Assembly (NCBI GenBank): GCA_965218795.1
Contig: OZ244653.1
Span: 1,344,001 to 1,408,000, forward strand
Direction: 5' to 3'
Origin: a bacterium
GTDB lineage: Bacteria > UBA8248 > JACPRG01 > G963555815
DNA: 64,000 bases
In this document: piece after piece, positions 48,393-59,644 of the stretch
Layout of the letters: each line of letters begins with the position of its first letter
How positions within the stretch are numbered: position 1 is the first letter of the stretch
The notes under the pieces: model-generated
What the model was told of the DNA's origin: nothing
The model's input: only the letters and a program-made list of their open reading frames with translations
Database searches by the model: none
Program-made: the position numbers and the translations under genes

Positions 48393-49031
48393 TTACGGCT
48401 CGTAGACCTGCACCTGAAACGGCCGGCCGGTGGAGGGACAGGCGCTGAGCCCACAGAGGGTATCCATCTTGGCCTCGAAAACGATGTAATCACCCGGCTT
48501 GCTCTTGCCGTCTTCGATGCCGCATTCCCCCGTTTCCATATCGAACCACACCGTCTGGAAAAGGTTCAGGGGGTCCGGGATGTCTTCCGGCTCTATGGGG
48601 TAATCCTTGAGCGCTTCCTGAAGAACCTCATAACACCCGAACGGGGGCACCCCCATGGGGCCTCCAACCGTAAACCGGTCCGTGAATCCGTGGTACATCC
48701 CATCCGCTTTTTTCTGATGGAACTGCTCGAACACCCAGGCGCTGCACATCCCGTACTGCATATCGTGAATACCGTAAGTGTCCTCAATAATCGTCAGCAG
48801 AATATTGTTGTCGCGGGTGTAGAGGTGATCCCCTACGGAAATGAGAAACTTGCCGTTGTCGGCCTTGGTCCGCCCCTGATCGAATCGCTCCTTCAGGTTA
48901 TTGGCATTGAACGTAACAAAGTCACCAATGGCGCCGCCCTCCAAATCGATCACCTTCATAGACTGGCCTTTTTTGACGACCCAGGCGCCGCCTTCCCGTC
49001 CCGGGATGTGATCATCATGAATCATGTTCAT
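48393..49031 (-). CDS. DUF1989 / urea-carboxylase-associated family protein
   Basis: IDLEGG..D; HDMQYGMCS; PDPLNLF; SKPGDY; GLSACP. Confidence 0.85.
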   Translation of the reverse strand: MNMIHDDHIPGREGGAWVVKKGQSMKVIDLEGGAIGDFVTFNANNLKERFDQGRTKADNGKFLISVGDHLYTRDNNILLTIIEDTYGIHDMQYGMCSAWVFEQFHQKKADGMYHGFTDRFTVGGPMGVPPFGCYEVLQEALKDYPIEPEDIPDPLNLFQTVWFDMETGECGIEDGKSKPGDYIVFEAKMDTLCGLSACPSTGRPFQVQVYEP

Positions 49032-49080
49032 TCCATATCTCCTTATTCATGGAATCTGCTTACTTCATGGACCGGGATGA

Positions 49081-49827
49081 CTAAACGAAGTATGAACCCC
49101 CGCTGACAGGGAGGGTGACCCCGGTAACAAAATCGCTTTCCGAGGAGGTCAGGAACATCACGGCCCCGACGACATCATCAGGATCCATGTGACGTTGGAA
49201 AACACGGGAGTTCAAAACGCTCTCCGCATAAGGCGGCGGGTTGTCCTTGTCGGGTCCCAGCGGGATCCAGTCCGGGGCGACCGCATTGACGTTCACGCCC
49301 AGCGGGCCCAATTCCTTGGAGAGGGAACGGGTCATGGCGATAACCGCTCCCTTGGAGGCGACGTAGGCCAGCATTCCAGGATGTCCCTTGTAAAAGCTGT
49401 CGGACGCGATGTTGACAATCCTGCCCCGCCCCGCCTTCTCGAAGGCGGGGACGACGGCACGAACACAGAGCATCGTTCCCCGGACGTTGACCCGGAAGAC
49501 TTCGTCCCAATCGTCAAGGGCAATTTCCATCAAGGGCCAACGGGCGGTACGCCCAGCGCGGGCAGCGTTATTGATCAGGACATCGATTCGACCGAACCGG
49601 TCCAGCGCGGCGTCTGCCATCGAGAGCGTGGATGCTTCCTCCCGGATGTCCGTTTCTACGAAGACACAGTCGGCCTGGTCGAATTGTCCCAAAAAGTCGC
49701 CAGGGTCGGCAATATCAGCGATGAGGACCCTTGCCCCCTCCTCAATAAAGGCGCGGACGTATGCCTGGCCGATTCCCTGAGAACCGCCCGTTACAATCAC
49801 CACCTGGTCCTGAAAGCGCACAACCAC
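49081..49827 (-). CDS. SDR family oxidoreductase
   Basis: TGGSQGIG, INNA, YVASK, NAVAP. Confidence 0.93.
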   Translation of the reverse strand: MVVRFQDQVVIVTGGSQGIGQAYVRAFIEEGARVLIADIADPGDFLGQFDQADCVFVETDIREEASTLSMADAALDRFGRIDVLINNAARAGRTARWPLMEIALDDWDEVFRVNVRGTMLCVRAVVPAFEKAGRGRIVNIASDSFYKGHPGMLAYVASKGAVIAMTRSLSKELGPLGVNVNAVAPDWIPLGPDKDNPPPYAESVLNSRVFQRHMDPDDVVGAVMFLTSSESDFVTGVTLPVSGGSYFV

Positions 49828-49942
49828 CTCTCTTTTTGGGCTTTCCCCGTTTGCAGATCTACAAGAACCATTTTACTTTACCACATACCAGGAGAATCCA
49901 TCAGGAGGGGTTCAATTCCAGGGAATTCGGCCCGGTTCCGGC

Positions 49943-50761
49943 TCAACCGGGCGTCAGGCGGAACGTCATCTCATGCGGCGGAGCATCCATCAGGGCTGCG
50001 CGCAGAGCACTGTCCCGCTTGAATTCCTTTTGGGATAGTCGGCGGCTGCGGACGGTTGCCTCCATTGAATCGACGGAGAACGGCCAAGGGGAAATCCGAA
50101 GATGAAACGGGTCTACGAGATCGAGCGCGATGTCGGACGAACCATCTTCTTCGGATGGCCCTCTAGGTACTTCCTGAAGGCGATTCCGGTGGTTCCATCC
50201 GTTACATAAAACCAGTGATATGGTATCCATTGCGGTGACAAACTTGCCGTTCCGGAAAACGCTTTCGAGGGTGACGGTGCTCGGCTCACCAGCCCGTTCA
50301 TTGATCTCGTCGCAGATTTCGGCTTGGTACCCTTCCTGCTCGGCGACGTAATCCTGGAGGTCGGCTTGCTCATCGGGCGTGACCGGCCGAACCCAGCCCC
50401 GCAGAATTCCAGCGTATACGTTGGACGCGTGCCGGCTGATCAATGCCGCGGCATATAAACGGTCTCGATCATAGACCTTCCTCGCGCCGCGCCGGAAAAT
50501 CTCGAAATTGACCTTCAGAGGAGTTTCCGTGAAATGGGTTGGAGCGCCTTCAGGGTTGAGTGTGGGCTTCTCCTCCCACTCCGTCCACCCGCCATCGTGC
50601 TCGCATGTGGCCAGAAGGACGTCATCCCAAGGCTCGGGACGGAAAAAGTCCTCCGATCCCCAACGCTCGGCGACAAGCCCTGACAGCCGGGCATGCTCCG
50701 GCTGCCCGAAGATCAACCAATCGCCTTCCCACTCTCTCCGGATCACTTCAGGTTCTCCCAT
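49943..50761 (-). CDS. DUF3891 family protein
   Basis: QPEHARLSG..W; HDGGW..WE..P; YAAALISRH; ISPWPF. Confidence 0.8.
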   Translation of the reverse strand: MGEPEVIRREWEGDWLIFGQPEHARLSGLVAERWGSEDFFRPEPWDDVLLATCEHDGGWTEWEEKPTLNPEGAPTHFTETPLKVNFEIFRRGARKVYDRDRLYAAALISRHASNVYAGILRGWVRPVTPDEQADLQDYVAEQEGYQAEICDEINERAGEPSTVTLESVFRNGKFVTAMDTISLVLCNGWNHRNRLQEVPRGPSEEDGSSDIALDLVDPFHLRISPWPFSVDSMEATVRSRRLSQKEFKRDSALRAALMDAPPHEMTFRLTPG

Positions 50762-50782
50762 CGACGAGAGCGCCCGTTGGGG

Positions 50783-51343
50783 CTAAGAGACCGGCCCTGC
50801 CGCTTTCTGGAGTTCCCGCAACACGTCCTTCGCCGGCGGACGTTTCAGATAACTTTCCGCGCGAAACACCCACCGCACCTTGCCATCCTTGTCCAGAATC
50901 ATCGTCAAGGGATGGGCCAGCCCATTGTTCGAATTATACGTGCCGTAAAGCCGGATGATCTTCTTCTGAGGGTCGGGCAATAGGGGGAAGCTCAGTTTCC
51001 ACCCCTTGACGGTTCCCCGAACCGTGGGCGGAGGATCCGAGCTGATGGCGATCACCTCGCCGCCCAGCGATTTAATCTCTTGATATCTCTTTTCCAGCTG
51101 CACGAGCTGTTGTTCGCAAGAAGGTCAGAAATATCCCCGATAGAAAACCAGGACGACCGGACCCTTCCCCCGGTAGGAGGCCAGATCGATAGTTTTCCCC
51201 CGTGCGTCCGGAACTGCGAACGTGGGCGCCTCTTGTCCCACCGCCGGCGGCCCGGCCGCGGCGCCCGTACCCAGCTGAACGGCCGCCAGGACGCCAAGAG
51301 GAATCATCCATACAAGCCAACGTGCCCGGCACAAAGATATCAT
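50783..51343 (-). CDS. Peroxiredoxin-like (AhpC/TSA) selenoprotein with UxxC motif and signal peptide
   Basis: One frame: VGQEAPTF..GKGPVVLVFYRGYF-U-PSCEQQL...AISSDP..FPLLPDP; TGA at 51125-51127. Confidence 0.88.
51095..51109 (-). promoter_or_regulatory. Putative bacterial SECIS hairpin
   Basis: CAGCU-CGUGC-AGCUG; loop starts at +21 from UGA with G at the second position. Confidence 0.6.
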
Positions 51344-51609
51344 CCTTCTTGACCTCCTTCATCGCTTTCCATGTGGACCGGAGTTACTTATTCTTCCACA
51401 CTTTCCTGCGCCGTATCAAAACCACGTATCCTTTTCACTCAGGACAACGAGCCTGCGGGACCAATATTCCCCGATGACCGTGGCCGCGAGGTGGGGAATC
51501 AATCCGGGAGTATGACAGAACCATCTTATCGGTTTACAATCAATGAAAAGGTAAAGAGAGCGATTCCGAGATTTTCGCCACCATCCGCTCCAGTCAGGAG
51601 GAGAAGACC

Positions 51610-52686
51610 TTGTCTGCGCTTCCTCAAACCATGAAGGCCGCCGTGACGCGCGGCGCGAATGATATCAAGGTAGAGGACGTTCCACTTCCGGAATACGAGC
51701 CCAACGACGTGTTGGTCCGCGTGGAAGCATGCGGGATCTGCGGGACCGATCTCCATATCCTCTCGGGTCACATGCGTCCCATGTGGCCCCCGCATTACCC
51801 GTTTATCCAAGGACACGAATGGTGCGGCGAGGTCGTCGCATTAGGGAAGAACGTCACGAGGGACCTTAAGCTGGGCGACAGGGTCATCGTGGAACCGACC
51901 ATCGGCTGCTACCAGTGCACGCGCTGCATCCGGGGCGACTACCACCTTTGCGAGACGGCTGAAAAGGCCGTCGAGGGCGGCTACCGGCTGCTGGGCCATA
52001 CATTCAACGGCGCGTTCAGCGAATACGGCGTCGCGCCGCCGAGAAACCTCCACCGGGTCCCCGATGCAATGGGTTGGCAGGAGGGGGTCATTGTCAACCA
52101 GGTGGTCATCGCCATGCACGCTCTCGACCGGGGCAACCGCGTGGCACCCGCCGACAAGGTCGCCATTACCGGCCCGGGACTCCTCGGTCTCTGCGTCATG
52201 GGACTGGCCAAGCACTATGGAGCGTCCAAAATCTACATCACCGGACGGGGTCCGAGACTGGAGGTCGCCAAAGAACTGGGGGCCGAGGTTGCCATCGACA
52301 TCACCAAGGATGATCCCATACAGGTGGTCATGGACGACACGGACGGTATCGGAGCGGACCTCGTGGTGGAGTGCGCCGGCGCGCCCGAGGCGGTCGGGCA
52401 CGCCATCGGGATGGTGAAACGCGGCGGACGCGTCGTCATGGAAGGGCTCAACGGGGGTCAGGAGATCCCCATCAAGACGGACCGGATCGTCCTGGATGAA
52501 ATCAGCCTGCTCGGAGCCCGGGGCTCGCCCAACTGCTATCCTCCTGCGATTCAGATCGTCGCGGACGGGGCGGTGAACGCGCGGCGCATGCTCACGCACG
52601 AATACCCTCTGTCCGAGATCAACGAGGCGATGGAAATGTTCGAAAAGCGTAAAGGGAATCCCCTTCGCGTGGCCATCAAGCCGTAA
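51610..52686 (+). CDS. Zn-dependent alcohol/polyol dehydrogenase (MDR)
   Basis: CGICGTDLH, GHEW, CYQCTRCIRGDYHLC, GPGLLG. Confidence 0.93.
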   Translation: MSALPQTMKAAVTRGANDIKVEDVPLPEYEPNDVLVRVEACGICGTDLHILSGHMRPMWPPHYPFIQGHEWCGEVVALGKNVTRDLKLGDRVIVEPTIGCYQCTRCIRGDYHLCETAEKAVEGGYRLLGHTFNGAFSEYGVAPPRNLHRVPDAMGWQEGVIVNQVVIAMHALDRGNRVAPADKVAITGPGLLGLCVMGLAKHYGASKIYITGRGPRLEVAKELGAEVAIDITKDDPIQVVMDDTDGIGADLVVECAGAPEAVGHAIGMVKRGGRVVMEGLNGGQEIPIKTDRIVLDEISLLGARGSPNCYPPAIQIVADGAVNARRMLTHEYPLSEINEAMEMFEKRKGNPLRVAIKP

Positions 52687-52725
52687 ACCGATACGCATCA
52701 TGTTGGTCCATTGAGACCACAGATG

Positions 52726-52763
52726 CCCCCTCCCCAACCCTCTCCCTCAAGGGGGGAGGGAGA
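52726..52763. repeat. CCCTCTCCC/GGGAGGGAG palindromic repeat, intergenic copy
   Basis: CCCCTCCCCAACCCTCTCCCTCAAGGGGGGAGGGAGA. Confidence 0.65.
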
Positions 52764-52770
52764 ACAAAGG

Positions 52771-52803
52771 GGCGGCTCGAACGAACTCGGGCCGCCTTTT
52801 TTT
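52771..52803 (+). terminator. Rho-independent terminator
   Basis: GGCGGCTCGA-acgaac-TCGGGCCGCC followed by T7. Confidence 0.8.
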
Positions 52804-52924
52804 GCAATCATCCAAATTCTTTCGGATTTCCGCTGTCTGATCTCAACATCAAGCGATCCCCTCCGAAACAGATGACGGCGAACAGGGCGAACAGAAGGGT
52901 CCGTCGATTAGGAAATTACCGATA

Positions 52925-53430
52925 TTACAGGCCCCTCTCGGTCAATCCGGAGGGGATGGAGCTGCGCTTTCGCCTGCCTCGGAACATGTGAACACCAGCC
53001 AGGGGCTGCAAGAGATATCCTCTTCCTTCCGCCGGATTCGCCTGAGATGATCCCTCCCTAACGCTGCAGTATCTCAAGCGTCCCCAGGATGCCGCGGCCG
53101 TCATGCCCCCTACGGCGAGCACGCTCGCGCCAATCACTCCCGCCGCCAGCCCTGAACAAGGGGCCGGGAGCACAGGTGAAATCCGCCACCCGCCGACGAG
53201 ATACAACTTTCCGTTGATGGCCGCCATCGCGCCCCCGTAGCGATCCGTATTGCCGCTGTCTGCACGGGGAATTGCGGGGAGACGCCCCCACGCGCGCTTC
53301 ACTAAATCGTAAACCTCGAAGACGAAAAGGTCTTTTCTTCCGCCAAACCCGCCGGCGACATAAAGCCCCCCTACCGAGGACCGCTGTCATGGACGTCGAG
53401 CGGGGCGTCGGCATCGGCGGCCCGGGTTTC
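52925..53430 (-). pseudogene. Kelch-repeat protein remnant
   Basis: MPTPRS..AVL/GLYVAGGFGG..FEVYDLVKRAWGRLP; AAINGKLYLVGG; VLAVGG, across frameshifts. Confidence 0.7.
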
Positions 53431-53841
53431 CATCCTCATTGCGACCGGTACAACCGCAGGTGAACTCCCGGCTCCCGGCTGACTGTTGAGCCGGCGGAAG
53501 GGCGCTGGGATGAAACATGGTCGTGAAGGGGCGGTTCGTGGTTGACACCGGCTGTTCCAAGGGGGGCACGGCCTCCACAGAATGGGAATTCATGGCCGAA
53601 ATGGCCCTCGCAATCTCGCCCACCGCAAACTACTCATTCGAGATCGCCTCCAAGGGCCTTGGATTTGATAGAATAAGCACTCCATTGTTGCATTCTGCGC
53701 CCTTGAGTTTGAATTTACGCTCGGGAAGAGCGTTTTCCGGTCGGGTCGTTTTAACATGATGGGGGCAGCAATCAGGGTCTTTCGCCGCATGATTCGTTAA
53801 AGCGCGGCTTCATTGATCCGTGGACCAGTGAAGGAGATATC

Positions 53842-55227
53842 ATGAACCAGGACCTGCGGAGCTTCGTCAGAGAGTTTGAAGACCGGTCCCCCGAGGATGT
53901 GATCCGGGTCAGCGAACCCGTCGACTTGGAGTACGACATCATGGCCCTGGTCCTCGAATATGAACGCCGCAAACAATTTCCCATCCTCTTCTTTGACAAC
54001 GTCCGCGGACACGAAGTCCCCATTATCTGTAACCTCGTGGCGGGGCGTCGCTCGCTGGCCAGGGCACTGGAAGTGCCGGAAGAGGAATTGGCCGAGGCGT
54101 ATTCCACCCGCCTGAAAAACTATATCGACCCCGTCCTGGCGGAAGATCCGCCTTTTCGCGAGGTCGTGCAAGAGAGTGATGAGGCGGACCTGGGCCGCCT
54201 TCCCATCCCCACGTACTTCCCCGGCGATGGAGGTCCCTACCTGACGGCGGGAATGCTCGTCGCCAAACACCCGGAAACGGGTGTCGTGACGGAAGGCTAC
54301 CACCGGTTTCAGGTCAAAGGACCGCGTAAAATGGGCTGCAGTCTCCACTCCCGGAGACGAATGTTCGAATACCTCCGTCTCTACGAAGAGCGGGGAGAGA
54401 ACATGCCGGCGGCCATCTGCCTGGGCCTGCATCCTATCGTGGCCATGGGGTCGCTATCCTATCCTCCCCCCGAAGTGAGCAAATTTCAGGCCGTTGGGGG
54501 TCTATTTGGCGAACCGATGGAAATCGCCAAGTGTTCCACAATCGATCTGCACGTGCCCGCGTGGTCGGAAATCGTCATTGAGGGCGAGTTTTTAGCCGGT
54601 GTTCGGGAGCCGGAGGGGCCATTCGGCGAATTTACCGGCTACTTTTCCGCCCGCAGCACGGAAAACGTCTTTCGGGTGACCGCCATTTGCATGCGGGAGG
54701 ATGCTTGGTTTCAGAGCATCGCCTCGGGCATGGCCGGGGATCATCTCACCACCGTCGGCTGCTTGCGGGAAATGGAGGTCCGAAACGCGCTGAAAAAAAC
54801 CATCCCCGGTGTCAAGGATGTGCATTTGCCCAATTCGGGCTGCGCGGCATTTACGGCGTTTATTTCTATGCGCCAGACACGGCCGGGTGAGGCCAAACAC
54901 GCCATCAACATCGCTTTTGGCGTCGACCATTACCTGAAGTTCGTCGTCATCGTCGATGATGACGTGGATGTCTACAACGAGGCGGACGTCGTCTGGGCCA
55001 TGACGACCCGGGTGCAGGCAGACCGGGATTTAGTGGTCATTCAAGGCGCGTTGGGCGCGATTCTGGACCCCTCCGCCGATGAAAACGGCATCACGGCAAA
55101 GTTGGGGATGGATGCGACCAAGCCCATCGGCGACCCCTTTGCCGAGCGGTTGGTCATGGACACGGACAAAATGGCCTGGGCCCGTGAACTGGCGGACCGG
55201 CTCAGGGAAACCTCTAAAGTGGTCTGA
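53842..55227 (+). CDS. UbiD family prFMN-dependent decarboxylase
   Basis: DGGPYLT, EIVIEG, EGPFGEFTGY, VDDDVD, KLGMDAT. Confidence 0.94.
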   Translation: MNQDLRSFVREFEDRSPEDVIRVSEPVDLEYDIMALVLEYERRKQFPILFFDNVRGHEVPIICNLVAGRRSLARALEVPEEELAEAYSTRLKNYIDPVLAEDPPFREVVQESDEADLGRLPIPTYFPGDGGPYLTAGMLVAKHPETGVVTEGYHRFQVKGPRKMGCSLHSRRRMFEYLRLYEERGENMPAAICLGLHPIVAMGSLSYPPPEVSKFQAVGGLFGEPMEIAKCSTIDLHVPAWSEIVIEGEFLAGVREPEGPFGEFTGYFSARSTENVFRVTAICMREDAWFQSIASGMAGDHLTTVGCLREMEVRNALKKTIPGVKDVHLPNSGCAAFTAFISMRQTRPGEAKHAINIAFGVDHYLKFVVIVDDDVDVYNEADVVWAMTTRVQADRDLVVIQGALGAILDPSADENGITAKLGMDATKPIGDPFAERLVMDTDKMAWARELADRLRETSKVV

Positions 55228-55455
55228 AAACAGGGTTAAAAATCCATCGCACTGTCAATGATGCGCCTGAATGCGTTCGAGTACGATAACTGTCTGTTTT
55301 CATTAGTTTATTTCTGTTATTCTCCCATCTCCTGACTCTTGCGTCCCCGTCACGTTTGTGTTCAAATACGCAGCGATTTGATGCCGTGTCGTGTGCTTTT
55401 TGATTACGGATTGTTCGCACCCTCCGGCACAGGAAACGAGTTGTCGGGAGCGACC

Positions 55456-56624
55456 ATGCCCAGAAGAAGCGAGCTCAGGATCTCCAAGCTCACCGTCGAT
55501 GCACTCACCGTCGAAGCCGAGGATGCCGTCTTCTGGGATCGGGACCTGGCGGGCTTCGGGGTGCGGGTCCATGCCACGGGCCGCAAGGTCTACGTGGTCC
55601 AGTCCCGGGGGCTGACCGGACCGAAGCGAGTGACCCTCGGGCGGCATGGGGACATGTCGACCGATGAGGCGAGGAAACGGGCGGCCGTGGTCATCGACCG
55701 CATCAAGCGGGGCGAGGACCCCGTGCCCGCGCCGCCCGAACCGGAGCTCACCGTGGCCGAACTGGTCGAACGCTTCATGCGCGTCCATGTCATGGCGCAT
55801 TGCAAGCCGAGCACCGCCGCAACGTATCGGTTCATGCTCGACAAGCACATCTTGCCGGTGTTGGGCGGGAAGGCGATCGGCGAGGTCGGACGACGGGAGA
55901 TTTCGGCGCTGCATCACCTTCTGCGTGACACGCCCAACACGGCCAACCGGGTAGTCAAGATTCTGTCGAAAATGTTCTCGCTGGCCGAGGCGTGGGAAAG
56001 AATACCGCCCGGACGGAACCCGTGCCGGTCGGTGCGCCGCTACAAGACGCGGTCGCGCGAACGATTTCTGACGCCGGAGGAGTTCCGGCGGCTGGGCCGG
56101 GTATTGCAGGAGGCGGAGGCGGACGGCTCGGTGTGGCCGCCGGCGATTGCGGCGCTTCGCCTGCTGATGCTGACCGGATGCCGGAAGAGCGAGAGCCTGA
56201 CCCTGCGTTGGGACGACGTGGACCGCACGGCGGGCGAGCTGAGGCTCAGGGACGCCAAGGCGGGTCCGCGCATGGTGCCCCTGACCGCGCCTGTGCTGGC
56301 GGTGCTCGACGGCATTCCCCGTATCGACGGCACACTCCCTGGGTGCTTGCCGGACAAAGGCCGGGGACCGGTCTGACGAAGCTCGATAACTACTGGCAAT
56401 CCATCCGGGCGCTGGCCGGGCTTGATGACGTTCGGATTCACGACATCCGGCACAGCTATGCATCGAGGGCCCTGGCGCTGGGCGAGAGCCTGCCCACGAT
56501 CGGGAAGCTGCTCGGTCACAGGAAGGTGGGGACCACGGCGCGGTACGCGCACCTGATGCGGGATGCAGAGAAGGAGGCCGCGACCCGGGTGGGCGACAGC
56601 ATCGGGACCCACATCGGGCCGTAG
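55456..56624 (+). pseudogene. Tyrosine integrase with Arm-binding domain, frameshifted
   Basis: FWDRDLAGFGVRV; LTGCRKSE; shift near 56330; IHDIRHSYAS..LLGH..TTARYAHL. Confidence 0.88.
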
Positions 56625-56656
56625 AGCACCGAGGCGGCATGAGGCTGGATCCGGAC

Positions 56657-57861
56657 ATGGCGAAGCTGGAATACAAGACACTCTCGAACCGTACGGTCGA
56701 GAAGCTGAAGGTCCAAAAGGACACTGTGTTCTGGGATCACAAGCTCACCGGCTTCGGGGTGCGGGTCTATCCCGCGGGCGGCAAGGTCTATATCGCCCAG
56801 GCCCGGGGACCGGGGGGGCCGAAGCGGGTCACGGTGGGCCGGCACGGGGTGCTCGGCGCGGAGCAGGCGCGTCAGAGGGCGGCCTTGATCATCGCCCGGG
56901 TCAAGGCGGGCGAGGAGCCGGTACCCGAGCCTATGGCGGTGAAGCTGTCCGGGGGGCCGACCGTGGGCGAGCTTGCGAGGCGGTTTCTCGAAGAGCATGC
57001 GACGGTGCGCTACAAGCCGCGTACCGCAGCGTCAACCCGCACGGTGGTGAATCGTCATATCGTGCCCGCCCTGGGCAGGCTGCCCCTGGCAACGGTCGAA
57101 CGCGCGCAGGTCACGGCTCTGCATCAACGACTGTGCGAGACGCCTTCCATTGCGAACATGGTGGTCCGCACCCTGTCGCTGATGTACAGGCTGGCCGAGG
57201 GCTGGGGACTCGTTCCGGAGGGATGCAATCCCTGCCGCTCTGTCGTCAAGTACCCCGCGCGCAAGCGGGAACGGTTCCTGACCGATGGGGAGTTCACCCG
57301 CCTGGGGCAGGTATTGGATGAGGTCGAGGCCCGGAGCGGCGCGTCGGCATCCGCGGTGACCGCTCTTCGGCTGCTCATGCTGACCGGGTGCCGGAAGAAG
57401 GAGATCCTGACCCTGCGCTGGGAGGACGTGGCGCTGGATCAGAACGAATTGAGGCTGCCCGACGCCAAGACGGGCGCAAGGGTGGGTTTCACTGTCGCCG
57501 TCGGCGGTGAAGCTTCTTTCCGGTCTGCCGCGCATGGAGGGCAACCCCTGGGTCATTCCGGGCCGGAAGCCGGGCACGCATATAAGCGCCCTCGATGATG
57601 CCTGGCAGGTCATCCGGGCGCGGGCCGGCCTGGAGGACGTCCGGATTCATGACCTGCGTCACAGCTTCGCGTCCAGGGCCCTGCCGTTGGGGGAGAGTTT
57701 GCCGGTAATCGGAAAGCTGTTGGGCCACACGCAGGTCGAGACTACGGCGCGCTATGCCCATCTGGCGCGGGACTCGGTGCAGGAGGCCGCGAACCCGTAT
57801 CGCCGACAGCATCGCGACCGACATCCTGGGCGAAGGCTGGAGGCAGGCTTTCGGTTCATGA
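56657..57861 (+). pseudogene. Second tandem tyrosine integrase, two frameshifts
   Basis: FWDHKLTGFGVRV; LTGCRKKE; shifts near 57485 and 57792; IHDLRHSFAS..LLGH..TTARYAHL. Confidence 0.88.
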
Positions 57862-58393
57862 TCTTTGCCATTCGTTTCCGTCAAGGGCGCTCGACGAGAG
57901 CCTGCCGATGCTCGGCGAGCAGGCGGCGCTGAGCCACCGGGAGGCGCAGAGCTGGAGTGACCAAGCGGCCGAGGTGCGCAGCCAAGCTCAGGCCATCGAC
58001 CGGGAACTCCGTCAGCCCTTCTTCGCATGGCTGACGGAACGCCTGGGATCTTGCCGTGCCCTTGCGCCATCCTCGCGGCGGAAAGGCCGGGCTTGAAGCA
58101 GCCCGCGGGTAAAACGGGACGTGACGCTCGAATTCCGCCAGCTTGAAGCCGGTTGCGGTGCACGCCGATTGTGCGACCTGGCTCCGGCCAAGCTCTCTGA
58201 CCGTGGCCTGTCAGCCTTTCGGACGTCGCGGCCACTATCGGGTCGAGAGACTCATCAAGACCTATGAAGCCCGCGCGGGCCTGCCGGACCTGCTTCGCGC
58301 GTTTTCGGGCCGGGGCAAGTGTCATTGCTCCGTGCCCCCCCCTGGTGCCGTGTCAGGCCATGTTCGAACGACCGTGACGATGGGAGCCGGAAG

Positions 58394-59098
58394 ATGTGCG
58401 GCCGCTTTACCCAGAGCTATACCTGGCAGGAGGTGTATGCGTTTCTCAACCTGTTCGGGGAACCGCAAAACCTCGAGTCCAGATACAACATAGCGCCCAA
58501 CCAGAATGTCGCCGTGGTGCGGGCGGAAAAACAGCAGCGTCGGCTGTCGATGCTGCGCTGGGGTCTGCTGCCGGCCTGGACCAAGGACGTCAAGATGGGC
58601 GCGCGGCTGATCAACGCACGATGCGAAACCGCGCACGCGAAGCCGTCCTTTCGGGCGGCATTCAAGGCCCACCACTGCCTGGTTCCGGTCGATGGCTTTT
58701 ATGAATGGAAACGCGTGGACGGGACCAGGCAGCCCTACCGAATCCACATGCGGGACGGCGGCGTGTTCGCCTTCGCCGGACTGTGGGAGCGCTGGCGGGT
58801 CCCGGAGGGCTTGACGCTGACCGGCAATCTCGCCGACAAGCGGCCGGGAGACACGATCGAGAGTTTCACCATCCTTACGACAGCGGCGAACGAAGCTCTG
58901 GCGCCCATCCATGATCGCATGCCCGTGATTCTCGCTCCGGATGCGTTCGACGCCTGGCTTGCGGGCGACGCAATGCCGCTCGGGCCGTATTCCTCCGAGC
59001 GGATGACGGCGTATCCGGTAAGCACACATGTCAACAGCCCGCGGAACGACGATGCGCGTTGTGTGGAACCTGTGACCGCGCCGGATGCAACGACGTGA
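58394..59098 (+). CDS. SRAP family abasic-site processing protein (YedK/HMCES-like)
   Basis: N-terminal MCGRF, YNIAP, WGL, INARCET, GFYEW, IHDRMP. Confidence 0.95.
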   Translation: MCGRFTQSYTWQEVYAFLNLFGEPQNLESRYNIAPNQNVAVVRAEKQQRRLSMLRWGLLPAWTKDVKMGARLINARCETAHAKPSFRAAFKAHHCLVPVDGFYEWKRVDGTRQPYRIHMRDGGVFAFAGLWERWRVPEGLTLTGNLADKRPGDTIESFTILTTAANEALAPIHDRMPVILAPDAFDAWLAGDAMPLGPYSSERMTAYPVSTHVNSPRNDDARCVEPVTAPDATT

Positions 59099-59154
59099 TG
59101 GCATCCAGCGTTGAAGCTGCCCTGCCCCCTCCATGGTCCCAGCAGCCGGCAGGC

Positions 59155-59490
59155 GTGCCGTTCTGACAGACCCAGTTGCGAATCGCCGAAGCGGAGCACT
59201 CGAACTCGCGGGCCAACTCCCCGGGCGTGCGGCCCGCAAAGACCAGTTCGACCATCTGGCGCCGGTACGCCGGCGCGTAAGGCGGATGAGTCGTCGGCAT
59301 CTGAACACCTCCTGCGAACAGTCTGAAAGTGTCCACCGAAACGGGGCAAATCCACCGGGCGTACGGCCCGAGCGAACCAGCTCAACCATCTGGCGCCGGT
59401 ATTCCGGCGCGTAGGGTGAATGAGTTCTCGGCATCTGAACACCTCCTGCCCACAGTCTGAAGGTGTCCACAAAAACGGGGCAAATCCACA
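59155..59490 (-). mobile_element. Two stacked IS3-family left ends with truncated orfA
   Basis: (T/G)GTGGATTTGCCCCGTTT starting at 59490 and 59356; MPRTHSPYAPEYRRQMVELV and MPTTHPPYAPAYRRQMVELV. Confidence 0.8.
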
Positions 59491-59644
59491 CAAAACCGCG
59501 CCTGGACGCGCAGTGAACCGCCCGGGGTATCGGAACCTGTCAACAACTTTGGGACAGCGGCGCTTGGCATGTACTGAGCAGGCCCTGGCGTCGTAGCCGT
59601 GGCTGGCGGGTTGATCCAGACCTCTTTGGGAAAAGAGGCCGGGG

